A DNA stretch of 63,819 nt, the filler included. It is 7 parts of 7 records of this genome, joined end to end, with 100 filler letters (N's around TTAATTAATTAA, not from the genome) between each part and the next. Parts side by side here need not be neighbours in the genome. Positions count along the whole stretch, not along the records: positions 19,872 to 34,761 come from SRR31147125_36912; positions 34,862 to 44,312 come from SRR31147125_36922; 5 more parts are not named here. One strand, given 5' to 3'. The notes below the pieces were generated by a model. The model was given only the letters and a program-made list of their open reading frames with translations. It had not been told where the DNA came from and did not search any database. A program made the translations under genes and the position numbers. Shown piece by piece: positions 30,400 to 41,425 of the stretch; the stretch's first letter is position 1; each line of letters begins with the position of its first letter.

Positions 30400-31644
30400 C
30401 TATTTTTTTTGCGAAAGCTGCTCAAGCTCCGTCACCCGCCTGTTATAGATCGGCAGGATAATAATAAAGCATACAAGCGCGACGGCAACCGATACCGACA
30501 TGACCCGAAACATAAACGCGTAATTCGTATGGGCATATATAATGCTTCCGAATAGCGGCCCCAGAAAAAATCCCAGATCAATTCCGATATAGATCGTGTT
30601 GCTGGCGACACTGCGCTTGAGCGGCATGACGCTTTGCATGCCCATAGCCTGAATCGTTGGCTGTGAGGAGCCGATGCCCAGCGCGGCCAGCACGCCGCCC
30701 ACCAGCACGCCGCCAAGTGACTTGCTAAAGCCGACGACAAGAAAAGACGCTGTAAATACTATCAGGCTTGGAATAATAACCTTTGCCGGCCCCAGGCGAT
30801 CCGCAAGCCAGCCCGACATTGGCCTTGAGAGGATCAGCGTACCCGCCATCAGCGTATAGAATAGGCTGATATTCGAAAATCCGCGTTCTTCACCTAAATT
30901 AAATATATATGAGTTGTAGGTGGCGTATGCCAGAAGGAGAAAAAACAATACGATTGCCGTCGGCAGGGCGTGAATCGTGACGATATTTTTATACCAGACG
31001 CCCGTGCTTGCAACCTGTTCCTTTGTTTTCAGGTCCGGATGTAGTATCATACTTGGAATGACGGCTAAGAAAAGGATAACAGCGGCAAAAAGGAATATCA
31101 TGGTGTATCCGAAATCCTCATTTTTCAGCTGTGTCCCAAGTTCGTAAAGCCAATGCCCGATAGACGGACCGACCGCCGCGCCGACCGCGCCGCCGATCCC
31201 GTACAGGCCCATTCCAGACGCCATTTTTTCTTTAGGCAGATTGTCGCTGGCCAGCGTCATAATCAACCCGCCGACAAAGCCGTATTGAATGCCGTTGACG
31301 ATCCTAAAGAAGACAAACATGGGAATACTGTGAAACAGAGCATAGCCCAAATTTGACACGCCGCCGATTGAAAAAACCAGAATCATCAGCAAACGTTTAT
31401 CGACTTTCGTCATGATGGGACCGGTAACAGGCTTGAGCATCAGCGATATGCCGAAGAACATCCCCGTAAGAAGTCCCATAATAACAGGCGCCGCGCCCAT
31501 AAATGTGGCGTAGGTCGCAACATGTGTGTTAACAGAAAAGTGTCCCAGAGTCAGCATGAGGTTTGCAACAAGAATACAGATAAAGTTCTTGTTCCAGATC
31601 GTTTTGACCTCTGGGAGCTCTGATATTGACCATTCAGAATCCAT
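30400..31644 (-). CDS. MFS transporter, paralog A
   Basis: About 12 TM segments, GWLADRLG; start at ATG 31644 after GGAGG. Confidence 0.9.
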   Translation of the reverse strand: MDSEWSISELPEVKTIWNKNFICILVANLMLTLGHFSVNTHVATYATFMGAAPVIMGLLTGMFFGISLMLKPVTGPIMTKVDKRLLMILVFSIGGVSNLGYALFHSIPMFVFFRIVNGIQYGFVGGLIMTLASDNLPKEKMASGMGLYGIGGAVGAAVGPSIGHWLYELGTQLKNEDFGYTMIFLFAAVILFLAVIPSMILHPDLKTKEQVASTGVWYKNIVTIHALPTAIVLFFLLLAYATYNSYIFNLGEERGFSNISLFYTLMAGTLILSRPMSGWLADRLGPAKVIIPSLIVFTASFLVVGFSKSLGGVLVGGVLAALGIGSSQPTIQAMGMQSVMPLKRSVASNTIYIGIDLGFFLGPLFGSIIYAHTNYAFMFRVMSVSVAVALVCFIIILPIYNRRVTELEQLSQKK

Positions 31645-31760
31645 CGATTCAGCCTCCAAATTCGGCAAGCCGGAAATTAAACATTTAGATTAGTTTATCA
31701 CTTGCCCCAAGTCCCGTCAAACATTTATGTGTCGCTGGTTTATTCAAATTATTCCAAATT

Positions 31761-31803
31761 AAAAAGCAAGGGACGTCCGTTTTACGGACGTCCCTTGCTT
31801 TTT
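31761..31803. terminator. Perfect hairpin terminator between the MFS paralogs
   Basis: aaaaagcaagggacgtccgt-ttt-acggacgtcccttgcttttt. Confidence 0.88.
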
Positions 31804-31849
31804 CAAGCTGTTATTGTAATCCCGGTAAAGATATGAAGCACGTACCTCT

Positions 31850-33079
31850 TTACAGTTTATTCTCAAGCTCGCTAATCCGCCTGTTATGTATTGGCAGGAT
31901 GATAAGAAATGCGACAAGCGCCATAACAATCGGGATCGATGTGAGCTGGAACACCAGCGCGTAGTTGGCATGGTCATAAACGATTCCGCCTAAAAACGGC
32001 CCAAAAAACAGCCCAAGGTCCATTCCCACATAAATCGTATTGCTCGCCACGCTGCGCTTTAGGGGCGTAACGGACTGAATGCACATAGCCTGAATAGACG
32101 GCTGTGTGGACCCTACGCCAAGCGCCGCGACAAAGCCGGCAATGAGTATGGTTTCTATTGAATTGCTGAACCCAAAAATCAAAAATGAGCCAGCGAACAA
32201 AAGCATTCCGGGTATGATGACCTTCGCCGCGCCGAGCCGGTCGGACAGGTAGCCCGACAAGGGACGTGAAACAACGAGCGTGCAGGCCATCACGGTATAA
32301 AACAGGCTGATATTGCCGAGCCCCTTTTCCTCACCGAAATTAAAGACATAGGAATTAAAAATGGCATATCCCATAATGACAAAAAACATCACGACCGTCG
32401 TCGGAACGGCGTGTACCGTCAGGATGTTTTTATACCAGGCGCCCGTACTGGCCACCTGTTCCTTAGTCTTTTTATCAGGCCGCATGACCGCACTGGGGAT
32501 AACCGCCAAAGACAAGATAATGGACGCGAACAAAAAGACAAATGTAAAGCCCAGGTCCGCGCCGCCGGTCCGCAAGCCAAACTGATACAGCCCGTAGCTG
32601 AGCGATGGGCCGAGCGCCGTGCCCACAGCGCCGCCGATGCCGTATATGCCCATACCGGACGCCAGCTTCTCAGGCGGCAGGCTATCGCCGGCCGAGGTCA
32701 TAAGAAGCGAGCCGATAAAGCTGTACTGCACGCCGTTAAAAAAACGGAAAAAGATAAATGCCGGGATGCTGTGAAACAGCGCATACCCTAAATTGACTAC
32801 GCCGCCGAGAGCAAAAACCGCTATCGTCAATATCCGTTTATCAATTTTTGTAATCATCGGGCCTGATACGGGACGCATCGCCAGAGATATGGCAAAAAAC
32901 ATCCCGGTCAGAAGCCCCATGATGACGGGCGCTGCACCGAGATGCGTCGCATATGTCGCCACAAGCGTATTGACCGAGAAATGCGCGAACACGTGAAGTA
33001 GATTGGCTATAAGAATGCAGATAAAATTCCTGTTCCAAATAGTAACTTTCGTCGCGGGATGAGTCGCTGTGGGATTCAT
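31850..33079 (-). CDS. MFS transporter, paralog B
   Basis: About 12 TM segments, GYLSDRLG; long blocks nearly identical to paralog A. Confidence 0.9.
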   Translation of the reverse strand: MNPTATHPATKVTIWNRNFICILIANLLHVFAHFSVNTLVATYATHLGAAPVIMGLLTGMFFAISLAMRPVSGPMITKIDKRILTIAVFALGGVVNLGYALFHSIPAFIFFRFFNGVQYSFIGSLLMTSAGDSLPPEKLASGMGIYGIGGAVGTALGPSLSYGLYQFGLRTGGADLGFTFVFLFASIILSLAVIPSAVMRPDKKTKEQVASTGAWYKNILTVHAVPTTVVMFFVIMGYAIFNSYVFNFGEEKGLGNISLFYTVMACTLVVSRPLSGYLSDRLGAAKVIIPGMLLFAGSFLIFGFSNSIETILIAGFVAALGVGSTQPSIQAMCIQSVTPLKRSVASNTIYVGMDLGLFFGPFLGGIVYDHANYALVFQLTSIPIVMALVAFLIILPIHNRRISELENKL

Positions 33080-33223
33080 AGTGACGCCTCCAGAGCCGGC
33101 AAGCCGTTGGTATTTTTTATATTAAGTTTATCACTTGCCGTTAGAAGGGTCAAACTATTTATGATGCGCCGGTAATATTAATAACCGCGCTAACACGAAA
33201 AACATTCGCTAACATAAAATCTG

Positions 33224-34751
33224 TTATCCGAACAAGTCGTCGTATTTACCCTGGAACAAAACCTTCAACGGATCCTTTGGCGGCCCTTCCAGAAGCTTTC
33301 CGTCAGCTGAAAAGCGGCCGCCGTGCGCCGGGCAGTCCCACGTTTTCTCCGCCGCGTTGAAATTGAGCTCTGTTCCCATATGGGTACACGTAATGTCCAA
33401 AATCGTCACGTCATCTTTATCATTGCGGTAAATGCCGGCTTTTTGGCCGCCAAAGCGGATGACGCGTCCCTCGCCGACCTCTAGATCGGCCAGCGGATTG
33501 GTCCCGCCCAGTTTTGATTTAATGAGCTCCGCCATTGACGTAACATTGCTTTTTATTGCCGTACCGGGCGACGATAAAAAATCGGCCCGTGTCCTTGAGT
33601 ACAGGCTTTCATATTGACAGTTACCGGAGGCAATCATTTCCGAGAGCAGATTGCCGGCCAGCGTGCCGTTTGTCAGGCCCCATTTCCGGTAGCCGGAGGC
33701 GATATAAATATTGGAGTGATCCGATATACGGCCGATATACGGCAACAGATCCGGTGACTCATAATCCTGTGCCGACCACATGGCAAGCACCTCGTCGACG
33801 CCGGCCAGCCGGTCGGCAAACTGCATGAGGTTTTCAAAATGGACGGTCATTTCCTCTTTGCCGCGTCCGGTTGTATGTCCGTCGCCGGCGACGATCAAAA
33901 CAGGCTGTCCGTTTTCCATATGCGTCCGGAACGAGCGCGTGGCTTTACCGGCGGTGATATAGCTGCCCTCCGGCCAGCTGCTTTTGGCCTTGACAGCGAT
34001 GCCGTACGTGCGTTTGGGAAAAAGCTTTGAAAAAAACAGATTGGGCCCGTCAAAAATCGGATAGCCCGTTGCCATCACAAGGTGCCGTGCCCTTATCACG
34101 ACATTGTCCTCGCATTCTACGGTAATAACGTCGCCGTTTTCAATATGAACGGCTTTAGTCGCGCAGTAAATGTCCGCCCCCTTTTCGCCGCAGCCGACGC
34201 CAGGCCCGATACATAACGAACAGGATGGAGCACAGCCTGATGGGTCACGCGCGCCATCGCGGCATTCGGAACTGGAAACCACGGGTTCTTAGTAAACTCG
34301 GCATCCAGACCGACGCGTTTCTCAGCTTCGTACTCTTTTTCAACGGTCTCTGCCTCACTATCAGTAACGGCGTACAGGCAAGCTGTGCTGTCCGTCAGCT
34401 GGCAGTCGTTTTTTCATCCCGAACCGTATCCCGGACGAAAGCCACTGCGTCTGATTGAGACTGGGCATAGTCCCGCGCCACGCCCAGTCCGTGCTTCTTA
34501 ATGAGCCCCGAATAAACAACGCCGTGCTGCGCCGTCACTTTCCCCGTTGTGTTTCCGGTCGTGCCGTCGCAAAGCCCGCCCGCCTCAATGAGCACGGACG
34601 ATATCCCTCTGATTCCGAGACAGTACGCGCACGTGACGCCCGTAATGCCGCCGCCGATGATTAGCGCTTCGGTATCTATGCTTTTTGTCAGGCGCGGATA
34701 AAACGCTTCTTCAGCTGTTTTATTCCAATACGACACCGTGTTTTTATCCAT
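33224..34751 (-). CDS. FAD-dependent oxidoreductase with C-terminal Rieske domain (YhfW-like), broken by about three frameshifts in 34180-34410
   Basis: IIGGGITG, GTTGNTTGKVTAQHG, WSAQDY, CTHMG...WDCPAHGGRF; the intervening sequence reads in alternative frames. Confidence 0.85.
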
Positions 34752-34761
34752 ATTCAGCCCC

Positions 34762-34861
34762 NNNNNNNNNNNNNNNNNNNNNNNNNNNNNNNNNNNNNNN
34801 NNNNNTTAATTAATTAANNNNNNNNNNNNNNNNNNNNNNNNNNNNNNNNNNNNNNNNNNNN
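34762..34861. other. Artificial contig spacer
   Basis: N-run + TTAATTAATTAA + N-run. Confidence 0.98.
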
Positions 34862-34926
34862 ATGCGGGGCGACCATGCCGGACGGGTCAATCCACACCAA
34901 GGACTGCCGTTAGGACAATTTGCTGC

Positions 34927-37773
34927 TCAATATTCCACAAACAGTTTGACATCAATACCCTTTTTAAAAAATATATAATTAAAATACCCCATATCCCCAT
35001 GGGGATCAAAATAAAGCCGCATCTGGGTCCGGCCTGTTTTGTTTATGGCCGCTTTCCCCGCTTCATTGAAATTAGATGAATCTTTACACCCGCAGGTAAA
35101 CGGCTCAAATATTGCCACGCCGACTGCGGTGGGTTTTTCATCCCAATCCCCTGTCTGGCAGATTGAATCCGATCCGAATTTGCCTTTTTTAACGTCGATT
35201 TTCAATTCTGCATTTTTCCAGGGATTACCGAATCCTGACGCATATTTGATTTGCAGAAATGCCCGGGTGATAACGGCCGCCTGGGGGATGCCGGAGGTGT
35301 CAAAGGAAACGATCGACCGGCTGATCAATCCGTCCCAGCCCGACCCCACCGCCAGGTTGGCCTCGTTCACCACGCTGCGGTATCTGCCGTCCACCCCGGC
35401 CTTGATATATCCGTCAATGTCGGCGATATTTTCGAATACCATTTTTTGGGGCCCCGATTGCCGGACGAATTCAATTGACTTTACCTTTTCCAGATTCCCC
35501 TGTTTATCTTTGGACCTGAATTTGACAACGGCCGTTTCCGAAAGGGTGAAGGCATGCTGATATACCGTACCATGGGACCCATCCGGGATGCTGCCGTCGG
35601 TGGTATACTTGATCCACGCCACGGGTTCATTGGCTGTCAGGGATACCTGGGTTTCATCCCTGAACCTGCCGCCCCTGGGGAAAATTGCTGTTTCAGGCGC
35701 CACAGAATCCTTGATAACATAGTGGAAGATTATCCGGTTTTCATTATTTGAGCTGTCTTTGGCATAACAGCTGATGGCATGGTGTTTGTTTCCGGAAAGG
35801 AAAAACCCTTTGGAATTGACAAAGGACGGACTATGGATATCCGGAACGGTTCCGTCTATGGTATAAAAAACCCTGACATCGGGATCAATATCGTCAACCG
35901 CCCTTATGGTCACGTCTATGGGCCGGTCATGAAAAACAGGGTCCGGAGAGGCCGTAATCCTGGGCTGGATATCTGGTATTTCCATTTCAAGTATCCGCTT
36001 TTCAACCCGGGTCTGGTTTCCGGAGCGGTCCCCGGCAAAATACCTTATTATCTTTTTTCCCGAGGTCGTAAAATCGATGGCGCCGCGGTTAATAAAATAC
36101 ATGCTTCCTGTCGAGGGTGTTGAACCGTCCAGGGTATAAAAAATCTTTGGGGCGGGATCTGCTTTGTCACGGGCCGTCAGCACCATGGTGACAGGTTCTG
36201 TGTATCGACCTGATTCATGGGAAGCGGCCAGGACAGGGACCTCCCTGTCCTGTTCCGCCGTATCAGCCTCGTCTGTCCAGGTCCCATCTATTTTAAATAA
36301 TGTAAATGACTGCATATACCCGTATTTGGATCCGTAAAACAGATAGCCGTATACATCCAGCCTGCCTGCGATATAATGCGCTGTAACAGTGCCATGGGCC
36401 TGCTCTTTTAATGCGGCCTCAAATTTTTTGGAAACAATTTCAGAGGCGATGCCCTGGGATGTTATCGCCATGGCCTTGATAACTGAGGTTTCTGAGATGG
36501 AAACGCTGGAGGTGGCACCCCAGCCGTACTCGTCTGATCCGCCGTTATTCATGAAAAGCGTTCCCATATCCGAGGCCGCCTGGACCTGAAGTCTGTTATG
36601 GAACCGGACCGAATCATCTGTGATGATCCTGACCCTGGGCGACAGGACATTGATATAATAGGTGCGGAACACATTTGAAGCGCCGTCTGCCTCAAATACA
36701 ACCTCCCACATGCCTTCCGATGGAAAAGACAGGGATTGGCCGCTTTCCAGGCTGCCGGTTTCAGACCCTAAAGTTTCGGTTTCCAGACACCCGACAATTA
36801 TCTTTTTCTTCACCCGCCTGGTGCTGTACCGGATGGGGCGGTCTTCCGGATCAATGGAAACCGTGACCGCCAGGTCCATTCCGTAATCCCCGCTGGGTTT
36901 ATCCGCGCGTATCCTGACCTTCCGGACCGGAGGGATCGCGTTTAAATAGTGGGCCCAGTCTCTTATTACAGCGGGTTCATCCTTGACTTTTTCATGGCTG
37001 AGCACACCGCTGCCCAGATTATAGTTCCGGTTTTCATCCGCCCCGTCCAGATGCCCGGTGTTGCCCTTGTATCCGTCCATTTCATCCACATACCCGCCAG
37101 GAACCATACAGCACCAATACGTGAGATTATGGGGCGGGGGCGTGGTGGGCGCATCGTTTTTCCCGTGTGGTGAATTATCCGGCAACAGACAATTATAAAT
37201 GGGATGATCGATCAGCCATTCATCATAGGTATCATGGAAAAAAAGGGGGATGAAAAACCTGACAGCCCCTTCATGGCCCCGTCGATCAGCACCACTGTCC
37301 CGGTATTGGCATATCGCTGGCCCCTGTCCCATTCAATGGGGTCGCTCTGGTTTTTCAGTCCGGCCAGATAGCATAGGATTAAAAAACAGCCCAAAGAATG
37401 GCCCACCATATCGACACAGTCCACGTGCAGATAGTTTCTGACATAATCGGCAAATTGCCGAAGGTCTTCAACATTTGCGGTATAGGCGTCCTTTATGGCC
37501 CGGTCTCCGTTTCCCAGGTAGGATAAGGCCCAGAAATGCTCGTCTGAATACCCGAACTGACTCTGTTTCAATTCGCTGATGACTTTCAGCCATCCCCATT
37601 GGTGATGGCTCGCAGTGCCGGTGTTTCCGTGGACCAGTATAATCGGGGCCTTGCCGCTTTTGCCTATAAAATCTATGTGATGGGCCCTGTCCTTGTCCGG
37701 ATTACCGCCAAAGCCGCCTAGGCCTGCCGTCGCTATCCGGTACGCTTTCAAAATCACCGGGGAAACCATTCAT
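34927..37773 (-). CDS. Multidomain PhaZ7-like (lipase class 2-like) depolymerase with three chitobiase/Fn3-associated repeats and putative polymer-binding modules; frameshifts near 37720 and 37245
   Basis: SD GGAGG then ATG 37773 (MNGFPGDF); GGFGG...PIILVHGN...VDMVGHSLG...DGAMKGL; YTLDGSTP, YTIDGTVP, YTTDGSIP; HYIAGRL...YGY...FTL; C-terminal SFDTSGIP...AAINKTGRTQMRL. Confidence 0.65.
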
Positions 37774-37845
37774 ATTCTCTCCTCCATAGCCTAAAAGAAC
37801 CAAACCAGCCTGCTGGGTTCTTTCTTAATTTGTTATGGCCATTAT

Positions 37846-37942
37846 TGATACTTTCGTAAAAAGTCCACCCGATGGGGAAGTAATTATCTTCACCGACCAG
37901 GCACCATAATGCGCCCGGTGGAGATTTGTTACGACGCCATCA
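37846..37942. repeat. REP/MITE-like element with imperfect terminal inverted repeats
   Basis: tgatactttcgtaaaaagtc ... gatttgttacgacgccatca, internal hairpin, flanked by ttat. Confidence 0.5.
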
Positions 37943-37946
37943 TTAT

Positions 37947-38582
37947 TTATAATCCGACGAATTCTTCGGGTTCTCCGTATAAAAAGAATGGGAAATTAAG
38001 ATTTGCCCCTCCCGGAAAAGTTAAATAACCCACGCCAATAAAGAGCGTATGGTTGATCTGCCTTAACTCATCTGTGAAAATATGGACCAGACCGGAATTA
38101 TAGGGAGCATAGTCAAGATAATAGGAGTTTCTTTTATCTAACCTGGATACACTGATATATGTTGCAATCTTTCTTTTCCGAATGATCTGGTTTTTATTTT
38201 TCTTAAAAAGATTATACCCCCAGCTTTTTTTCAGCCGATTTTTTGAATCCTTTTCCGACCCATATATCGGTTCTTCCATAGATTAAATATGTAAAAAAAC
38301 TGCCCAGAAAAAACGCGGCTCCGGCAGGCGCCAGGGATCCTGCATATTCACCATTGAGTTCATCCAGTTTCGGGGGGGCGACGCATAAAAAAGCTGCGTC
38401 AGCGTTGCTTTTGAAAGATCTTTTACATCATCGTAGTGTAAAGCGTCTGCAGGCCTGCCCATGATCTGTTCCACAGACTTTCCATTCCACCCGAAAATCC
38501 CTGTTTGCAGGATATGAATCACCACCAATACGATAAGAATGCCCATAAGGGAAGCAAAAAATATTAAAATAATATTCAGCAT
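37947..38582 (-). CDS. Membrane-anchored hypothetical protein, probably one gene broken by homopolymer frameshifts
   Basis: Consecutive ORFs 38283-38582 and 37947-38279; N-terminal TM; G and A runs near 38375 and 38295. Confidence 0.55.
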
Positions 38583-39386
38583 TTTTAGTATCCTTTTTTT
38601 TAGCCTGCCACCTCAAAATGGCGATATAGCCCCCCTGTAATTCCCACCGTGCTGCCCCCTGCCGGATTCAGATCGGTATAAGCAGGCGGATTCCGCCCCC
38701 TTATCAAACCATATGTTCATGCCGGATAGATAATGCTTTCAGGAACAGTATTTTAAATAGACTGATTTCTTTTTGTCTGTCGAATTTTTGTTCAGCGGAA
38801 AAGCGCGGTGGTGTACCACGGAGTTTCAGAATTTGGATAGGATCTGCAGGACTGCCTCAATGACAATGGCTGATCTGCAATTTTATTAAATCAATATATG
38901 GATGTCAATGATGTAAACATATTTTCATGGCCGGGAATGGGCCATCAATTTGCCGGCGGATATTATTGTGCAAAAATAGTAAAAAAACCGAGATTATTGG
39001 AAAAACTTGGCTCCATTTGAGACTTTATGATATCATCTAACAACGATCAGCCCAAAACGGTTCCAGTCCATATCCTTGAACGGGTCTGTAATGATTCCCA
39101 CACCCAGGTTCCGATTTTCGCTTTGTTATATTCTGGTTGATACCCGGTGCTTTTGACGACGAGATTCGTAATAAGGCGATGTCCAGAGGCAATCCATGGC
39201 GAATTGCCGCAAATGCCGCCTGTACTCATGGGACCTCTGCTTTTATCCTGAATTCCGTTGCACAAAGGTTCAGGCCGTTCCTCCCAAATGGACCGGGCGC
39301 AAAATACAAGGGGATGTAATCCTGACGACACCGGTCTGATCCGGGCGTCCTTATCCTGAAACACTTAAGTGCTTAGGAGGAAAAAA

Positions 39387-40975
39387 ATGGGAAAGATTTA
39401 TCCAATGGTCATGTGTATCACCTTGGTTGCAGTCCTGCTCTTTTCAGGATGGTCCAGCGCCATGGCGTGCAACCCGCACAGCTTGAGCCTGGGCCTTGAA
39501 GAAGCGGATGTGGCCTACTATTCCGGGCAGGGTCCGGCCGGGGGCCTGGCCCATATCCATTATTGGACAATTGATCCGGAAACCCTTGATGATCGTGAAA
39601 AGCTCAAAGCCCAGCGGATTCAACCCAACAGGCTCCATAGTTCGTTGTTTCAGCCCACCCAGATCATTTCCGGGTACGAGGCCACAGGCATTCTTGATCG
39701 AAAGGGAAGAAGGCAGTGGGTAACCCTGAAACTGCCGGATCAATGGAACGGGGATCTTGTGGTATGCGGCACGCCCGGACTGAGGAATGAATATGCCAAT
39801 GAAGCCCTTTTTGTTCCCTGGCTTCTGGACCAGGGATATGCTGTGGTCAGCGGCAACAAGGGGCTGGAAAGCAGCTGGGTCAGCATGCTCACAGGCACCC
39901 ACCCCACCCGTCACTGGGGAATCATGATGCATGACCTGGCCAGATGGGCAAGAATAAACCTATTATTGGCCACATGGCACTGGCCCCATCGCGTTTACGC
40001 CGTGGGGCTTTCAAATGGCGGGTACCAGGTTCGAAGGGCTTTGGAGATTGATTCGAGAAAGCGGCGTTGGCGGCGGACCTTCAACGGCGGACTCGACTGG
40101 TCCGGCACATATTTTCCGGATGCCCGGGTTCTTGATAAAAATAAAGACGGGATTGTGGACCCTGGGGAGTATGCCGGGGCCAACACCCTGGTTGGACACA
40201 TGGATGTCTTCACCCTGGCCATGGGCTGGGCCTATGATCCGGATACCTTGACGACCCCTGAAGAATATGCCAAGACCCCGCGGTTTCCCGAGGCCCGCGA
40301 GGCTATGCTGGCAGCCGGTTTCAACAGCGGGTCGGATATCTTCTGGGGGTACTATAATACCAATTATGATTATTATAAGGACTACGGGTTGCCAACCTGG
40401 AAAGGGGTGGGATATGCCAATCTGACCTCCTTTGTCTACCGCGCGGAACTCATGGGGCATGACATGGTTCAATCGGCCGCCTACAGCTGCTTTTACAATC
40501 CCGACCTCCCCGGAGCGCCGCCCCCCTCTACACCTGGTTGGAAAATGCGGAAAACGGCGGATGGACCCAGGAGAGCATTGACTGGGCCCTTGCCAACGCC
40601 AATACTGCCAGGTTCAGGGCGCCCATGATCACTGTGGTGGGAAATGCCGACGGCCTCCTGGCTTTGAATGCCCACTCCGCAGCCTATAAAGAGGCTGTGA
40701 ACAAGTATGGCAAAAAAAGACTGTACCGCCAGTATCTCATCGAACACGGCCCCCATGTCGATGCCCATGCGGACGGTCTGGCGGATTTCGATTTTGACGG
40801 TGTCTGGGGCAACGAAGGGGCGGCAGATGAACTTACCCCCATGCAGGCCTATGTTCAAAAGGCGTTTTCACTCCTGATCGACTGGGTTGAAAAGGGAATC
40901 AAGCCGCCCCCCAGCCAGACCGTGCCCAGTGATCCCATGAACGATATCACGGATCCGGACCTGCTGTCCTGGTAA
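39387..40975 (+). CDS. Secreted alpha/beta hydrolase, 3-hydroxybutyrate-oligomer hydrolase / tannase-like; frameshift at a C-run near 40522
   Basis: AGGAGG + ATG 39387, signal peptide, LPDQWNGDLVVCGTPGLRNEYAN, GYAVVSGNKG, GLSNGG nucleophile elbow, VVGNADGLL, EHGPHVD, DWVEKGIKPP. Confidence 0.7.
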
Positions 40976-41425
40976 TGCCACAACCATGATCCGTCGTCCC
41001 CCTTCCTTGATCACGCGGTGGACGGCGGTATCTATTTTTTTATTTATTAATCCGCTCCTGTTACAGGGTTGACAGGGGCATTCCTCATCTGATAGGAAAC
41101 CATTATAAATTTAAGACCTTAGACACCCCCTGCTGCGTGCAGTGTTGCCCGTAAAATAATGATACCTGGCTAACACTCACATCGTCAAAGCGTTTGGCAT
41201 GATAAACTTTGTGGCAAGGAAGAATTATTCTTGATACTTAAATTATAATTCATGGAATCTGCGCTGATGGCTTAGCTGTATTCACAGATTTTAGCATAAT
41301 TACATACTTGAATATTTCAGAGGCAATCCTGCAGGGAACGCGCCTGGGAAGTCCGCCGCCTGCAATGATTGCCTTTTTACCAATTGGCTGAGAAAGCAAA
41401 AGTGAACTGCTAAAGGAAACTTGAA

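Noticed and set aside
39184-39239. c-di-GMP riboswitch
   Set aside because: It lacks the GGCAAAC..GAAA..GACGCAAAG consensus; kept only as an unnamed hairpin.
39047-39364. Small ORFs in the long divergent intergenic region
   Set aside because: No SD or recognisable motif; more likely regulatory DNA.
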